Positions 63,773 to 64,000 of a stretch of 64,000 nt of DNA are shown here, in pieces. Each line of letters opens with the position of its first letter. Position 1 is the first letter of the stretch. The DNA lies in assembly GCA_965153455.1 (NCBI GenBank), contig OZ234493.1, positions 30,804,213-30,868,212 on the forward strand, read 5' to 3'. A program made the translations under genes and the position numbers. The stretch is from Sphagnum compactum (lineage: Eukaryota). The notes beneath the pieces were generated by a model. The model was not told where the DNA came from, searched no databases, and saw only the letters and a program-made list of their open reading frames with translations.

Positions 63773-64000
63773 GTACACAATGAGCATATTATCCTGTCAG
63801 CTGTCTATTATTAGAGGACCAATGCAGAGCAATAGGTCTACATGGTTTCCAGCATTGATAGCAAATCAGATACAAAATGAACAAAACTTTGCATTCACCA
63901 AATCCTCTAGGTCAATTGTATTTAAGCAGGATGTAGAATCTCGCAAAGTTCTGAGTCAACAGGTGAACATCATGCCATTGGATAATGGTTTGTTTTGAAT

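Overview
AT-rich eukaryotic nuclear DNA from a plant. The intron style, GC-richer gene islands and repeat types suggest a moss (Sphagnum-like), but the taxon is an inference. Four protein-coding genes are supported by GT-AG exon reconstruction: an AWPM-19-like ABA/stress membrane protein (-, 4 exons), an intronless 4-EF-hand calmodulin-like protein (-), INO80 complex subunit C/IES6 (-, 4 exons), and, divergent from it, the 5' part (16 exons) of a SOS1/NHX7 Na+/H+ antiporter (+) that appears to continue past the window end. The intergenic space is full of decayed transposons: Ty3/Gypsy, two Ty1/Copia, hAT, pogo-like, PIF/Harbinger (ORF1 plus transposase) and a CRE-like non-LTR element. There are also short non-autonomous Tourist, CACTA and hAT elements with intact TIRs/TSDs, and several young tandem arrays. 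No CRISPR array, rRNA or tRNA was seen. I cannot demonstrate a wholly new system. The best leads are: a minisatellite built from a CACTA element terminus plus flank, an inverted MITE pair bracketing the last AWPM-19 exon, a CRE-like retrotransposon relic, and candidate uORF/repeat control elements at CML and SOS1.
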